The notes under the pieces: generated by a model
The model's database searches: none
Seen by the model: the letters and a program-made list of their open reading frames with translations, nothing else
What the model was told of the DNA's origin: nothing
Shown: positions 59,671-64,000 of the stretch, one piece after another
How the letters are laid out: the number at the start of each line of letters is the position of its first letter
How positions within the stretch are numbered: the first letter of the stretch is position 1
Source: Cladosporium halotolerans
Lineage: Eukaryota
Length of the DNA stretch: 64,000 nt
Direction of reading: 5' to 3'
NCBI RefSeq assembly: GCF_011745625.1
Contig: NW_027191468.1
Location: 1-64,000 of the forward strand
Translations under genes and position numbers: made by a program

Positions 59671-62600
59671 GCAGATACAATTTCTTCGCCTAGCCCTCGC
59701 CTCACAGCAATTCGTCCGCACGAGCGTTCCGTCTGCAAACGAATACCGTCACGTGCCTCAAGCACCAATTGTTGCTCCTGACCCGAGAGCGGACATTCAA
59801 TCCGCAATCACGATTCTTACCCAGCAGCTGGTAGCCTTTTCCTCGTATACAGTTGAAGGACGGGATCTCACCTCCATCAGGCTCGTTTTCTTGCACTAAG
59901 CCGTCCATGGAGCTATTTCGTCCGTGACCATGCGACTTAGTGTCATTGCCGTCAGCCAACAATTAGGTCGAACGGAGCAGCAGGTAGAGAGGCGCGATAG
60001 ACACGGTACTCGCCACCTTTCGACCTAGAATCGCGCTCTTGATGGCGTGCAACTCCACACGCATCGCAGCGAAAAAGGCCGCATAGAGCGGGACGTAAGC
60101 GCTGGGCGAGCGAACAGTCGAAACCCATTCCCAGCCGACCAAAACAGCGCTGCAGCCATCCAGCATGCACAGAGTAGACAACCGGCATCGGCCGACACCG
60201 TGACCCCATATCCGAAAGCATTCGACAAAGGGGACCCACTCGTAGCCGAATCCGCCCTACTTTTCGTGGCACAAGCTGTCCATTTCATGTTCGGGGCCGA
60301 GAGGGTACTGAGTCTAGATCGAGCACATGTCTTCACATCAAGTCGGTATCAAAATCGCTCATTGCCAGGAAACCCATCTATTCGTCCCTGTGATTGTTCT
60401 GGAAGTCCGTGTGAGCCTTTCGAAATTTCATCGCTGGTCGTCTCGCCTGTGCTTGTTGAAAGAACAAAAGGCGAGCCTGGAAGAGATGCGGGACGACACT
60501 AGATCATATCCTCGGCTGAGCGTCGTCTCGGCTCGTCTTGAAGTACGTTTCTCGTGTTCTGTCTCCCGTGACCTCACCCCAGCTAGACCGAGAGAGCCAG
60601 CCGTGACACTATCCAGACATCGACCACAGACCAGCCTGCATCGGCGTGTAAGCGTAGAGACCTTTGCTCGCCATTACTTTTGGCTTCTTACGCCCCGACC
60701 AATCGAAACGGAAGCCTACGCAACATTCGTTTACGTCCTCTCAGCCCTTCCCGATCGAACAGCATGGAGTTTAGACGGACGAAGATTGATCATCGTCCGT
60801 CCGGCCTGCTCCGGTAGTAAGCATCAGGCCTCAGACGTCGCCACTCTGTCCTTCCCACCAACCACTTGGTCAAAGAGGGACTGAAAACAAAGGACAAAGG
60901 AAAGAAAAGAGAGCATCCAGCACCGCACCTACCTGTTCCCACCGTTAGTCGCCATCAATCGACCCTCAATCTGCTCACTCACTCACGAGACAGCACAACG
61001 CCACAACACAATCCGAGCCGATCCCCTACCCGGCCGGCATCCTGATTCCGACCAGCCAGGCCAAGCCGACGAGCGCGCCAAACAATCGTCTCCAAAACCA
61101 TTGCACCGGCCTCCTCTCAGCGAGACTCACGTTTCCCTCATCGCCTCCCATCGCCCTAAATCTCAGCCAACGAAGACGACACTCCTCGAGGACCCCAAGC
61201 TGCACCTCACAGGGACCGAGAAGCGCAGCAAGCGTCAAGGCCAGCTGTCCGACAGCATCGCGCTCACGTGAACATCCTTCGACTGGAATTGGAGCCAGAC
61301 GGGCAGGAGGCCGCATCGACGGCCACGGCTTTCTTTGAGACCGATCGATCGCTTGGAAAAGGGGTTGTTTTGTTTCGAGGCAGTGGGCGAGAGTGGTCAT
61401 TCGGGATCGCTAGGGGGAAGCCAAGGTACTGTTTTCTTCGTGAGCGGTAGGTGAGCTTTTGTTAGGCCTTGCGATTGACAGGCGGCAGCGGAAGGTGGCT
61501 CGGGCGAACGGGATGGGAGGTGATGGGCATGTGTGTATCGCGACGAGTCGATGTTCGCGTTTCGTCGGAGGCTGTCTTTGAATCGATTCGGATGCGGGTG
61601 CTTTTCGCGAGAGGGATGGAATGGAAGCAAGCAAGCGGCGGAGGAGAATGGGTTTGAGATTCTTTGGGTTCTTCGGGAGATTATTGTCGAGAGTTGGATC
61701 GGATATGAGGAGGTCGCGGAGGGCCGTCGTCACTTACAGTAGGCATTATCTTCGCGAGGGTAGCGGCGGCTTCATGGCTCGATCGAGGATTGGAGCCGTC
61801 GTCGACAAGGTGGATCGATTGAACGAAGCCACCGAAGACAGTCGAAAGGTACTGACGACGAAGTCTCCAATCGTCGCCTCGCCCTAGGCCTTCGCGATTT
61901 GATGAACACACAGCGAGGGGATCCCTTCCAACCTACCTATTGGCCCGAGTCCCTCGCATGACTTCACCAACCGCATCGATATCAAATCGCCCAACCACAC
62001 GATCCTTGAGGCGACCAGCTGACGAACGAGGCCGCGCCTCCTCCCTCGCCTAACAAACGAACAAACCAACAACCACAAGCCCCCTACATCCAACCCATGC
62101 GCCCATCAAACTCGGCTCGCAATCGCTCACCCTATCCACCGCAGCGCAGCGCCGGAGTGGCAAATAAGCCCATCTTCCACACGAGCGCACGAGCGTCCCA
62201 ACGCCGGCACGTGACGCGATCTATGGGTGAGGGTAAGTGGTGAGTGGTGAGTGGTGAGAGAGGTAGTGGTATCCGCTCAAGTCGTCGCAAGCCGATAGTG
62301 GAGCACAACAACTTGACGAAGGTCAGGTTCGGGCAGCCGAACGAACGGACGGACTCCTTTAGCGTTTGTCAAAAGCAAAAGCGCGGCAAGCTGCAGGCCA
62401 GCCAAAAAAGCCAAAGCCAGCAAGCAGCGCCCGAACGATCTCCAGCTTCGACCGCGAGCGCAATTCCAGGGCAGGGGAGCGGACAAGCGCGCTAGCGTCC
62501 CCGCCGAGTGTTTCAGGTTGAGGGGAGCAAGCGCCAGCCGCCGCCTTGGGAACTGGCAAACAGAAAAGCACGGGCGCTGAGAGAAAAAGGGCGGTGGGGC

Positions 62601-64000
62601 GGCGCCGTTTCCCACTGGCCGGCTTTGCGAGTGGCCGCACTTCGGCGGGCGTCACAATTGGAGGGGCGCTAGTGTAAGCCGCCACAGGGACCTGGGACTT
62701 TGGAGCCTGTGTGGACAGAGCTTTTGGTAAAATTCACGTGGACGACGGACGGGAGATGCGCTCGCTGAGAGGGAGCGGGATTGGGTTTGGGGGAACCGGT
62801 ATTGTGTCCCGTCGCGCTGTGGACAGTAGTGGAGTGGACGTTGGTTGCGTATACGCTTGCTGCGGCTAAGGGTGAATTGCGGTTCGGACACAAGGGAGAC
62901 CGCCATCTGTTCGATCCGGGAGGTGGAAGGTCCAGCAGGTTGAGATTGTTTGGTTGCTAGTGTGATTGTGCTTTGACTCTCCGGGTGTTCATTAAGGTGA
63001 GGCTTGAGCTGGGTAGCAGTGTGGCGCTGGGGTCGTGGAGTGGGATTTGCCTCAGCCGCCGCCACCGGGCTGGTGCGCGAGGGGTTGAGCGCAAGTGATC
63101 CTTGAAACACCAGGCGGTACGGTAGATGGTTGCTTACATACGGGCAGCAGGATTTTGTTGCCGGCCTCTTCACGTGGCTGCGCTGTTTCACCGCGATGGA
63201 AAGAGTAACTGATCGGTGATCTACGCAGAAGATCTTCGCCCCCGTCTCCAGAGGCCGGCGAGCGTCGATCTGGAGATTAGGATGGATAAACTTCGAGACA
63301 AGTCCCCTACCTTCAAACAACACGCTGGCGGGCGAACCTCGAGTCCCACGCATGACCCAGACGTTGCGCGTTGAGCCCGGGCAGATGGCGGTGACGGCGG
63401 GTGGTGTGCCAGCGAGCTAGGCGCGGCGGATGGCATGGCGAAATGCTACGTTGAACGTGCGCCGTCGGAAGGGCTTTTCGCCGCACCAAAGGCCGAGGTC
63501 GACGGCGACAGCGGAGAGCGGTTCTGGTTAGGAGGCGTGGGCGCGCGGTGGAGAGGGGCGAAGCTTCGTGTCGGGCCCGCGAATCACAGCGGCTCTGCAG
63601 GGCCGGGGGTGCGTAGCGCAGTGGGAATCCTACGGCTCCTGCTAGATCGAACCGGCCGAGCGCGCAGCGCGCAGCGGTGGAGGATGGCGGAAAGGCGCCG
63701 AGGTGCAGCAGGCGGAGTTGGAGTCGGAGGTGGGAGGAGGGAGGGTCAGCACGGATGCGGAAGGTGCAGCAGCCGATCGGGGCCGACGTCGACGGACGAA
63801 GCTCAGAGTCTCGCGCTTAATTCAAGCATACCGGGAGGAGTCGCTAGTCGCCAGCGCCAGCACTCCCACTCGTCCCAGCGCGGTGGCGTTCTGTCTCAAG
63901 GCGCCGCTTGGCACGTCCGGCACCACGGCAAGTGTGCTCCCAGGTGGCGTGCGCCTCCCAGCGCCATCCGCCTGCTGGACGGTCGGTCTCCCGGAGCCTT

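Noticed and set aside
62652..63353. 233-aa minus-strand ORF
   Set aside because: Composition looks non-coding (UTR-like, CA-rich); no recognisable domain.
1..64000. CRISPR arrays, rRNA, spliceosomal snRNAs, intact transposons, secondary-metabolite cluster
   Set aside because: No repeat-spacer arrays, snRNA/rRNA signature sequences, transposase or RT catalytic domains, or PKS/NRPS genes were seen.

Overview
Gene-dense window from a filamentous ascomycete, probably a Dothideomycete (inferred from gene content, short GT-AG introns with CTRAC branch points and high GC3). I can support about 21 protein-coding genes and one intron-containing tRNA-Lys(CTT). In order: METTL16-type methyltransferase (partial), head-to-head class V/class VII myosin-chitin synthases, EMW1/TTC27, a DSP-fold phosphatase, END3, an SLC26/STAS transporter, peroxisomal thiolase, septin CDC3, a Zn2Cys6 factor, GLN4, a macrodomain hydrolase, a small HTH protein, PWP1, AMS1, a GH16 glucanase, UBE2W, CAP2, a MutL homolog, a thioredoxin-fold protein, the tRNA and a class II hydrophobin. 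The last ~6 kb has no recognisable gene but contains stem-loops and splice-like signals. Best leads: (1) a cryptic PTS1 (KSNL) behind a TGA-CTC stop in the thioredoxin-fold gene; (2) two alternative in-frame N-termini for the septin; (3) a near-perfect 28-bp hairpin at 59.6 kb; (4) a Tc1/mariner-like HTH ORF with no transposase core; (5) possible mitochondrial/nuclear dual targeting of the macrodomain protein; (6) a weak telomerase-RNA-like signature at 1.2-1.7 kb. Exon boundaries were read by eye and family calls come from motif recognition; no database searches were run.
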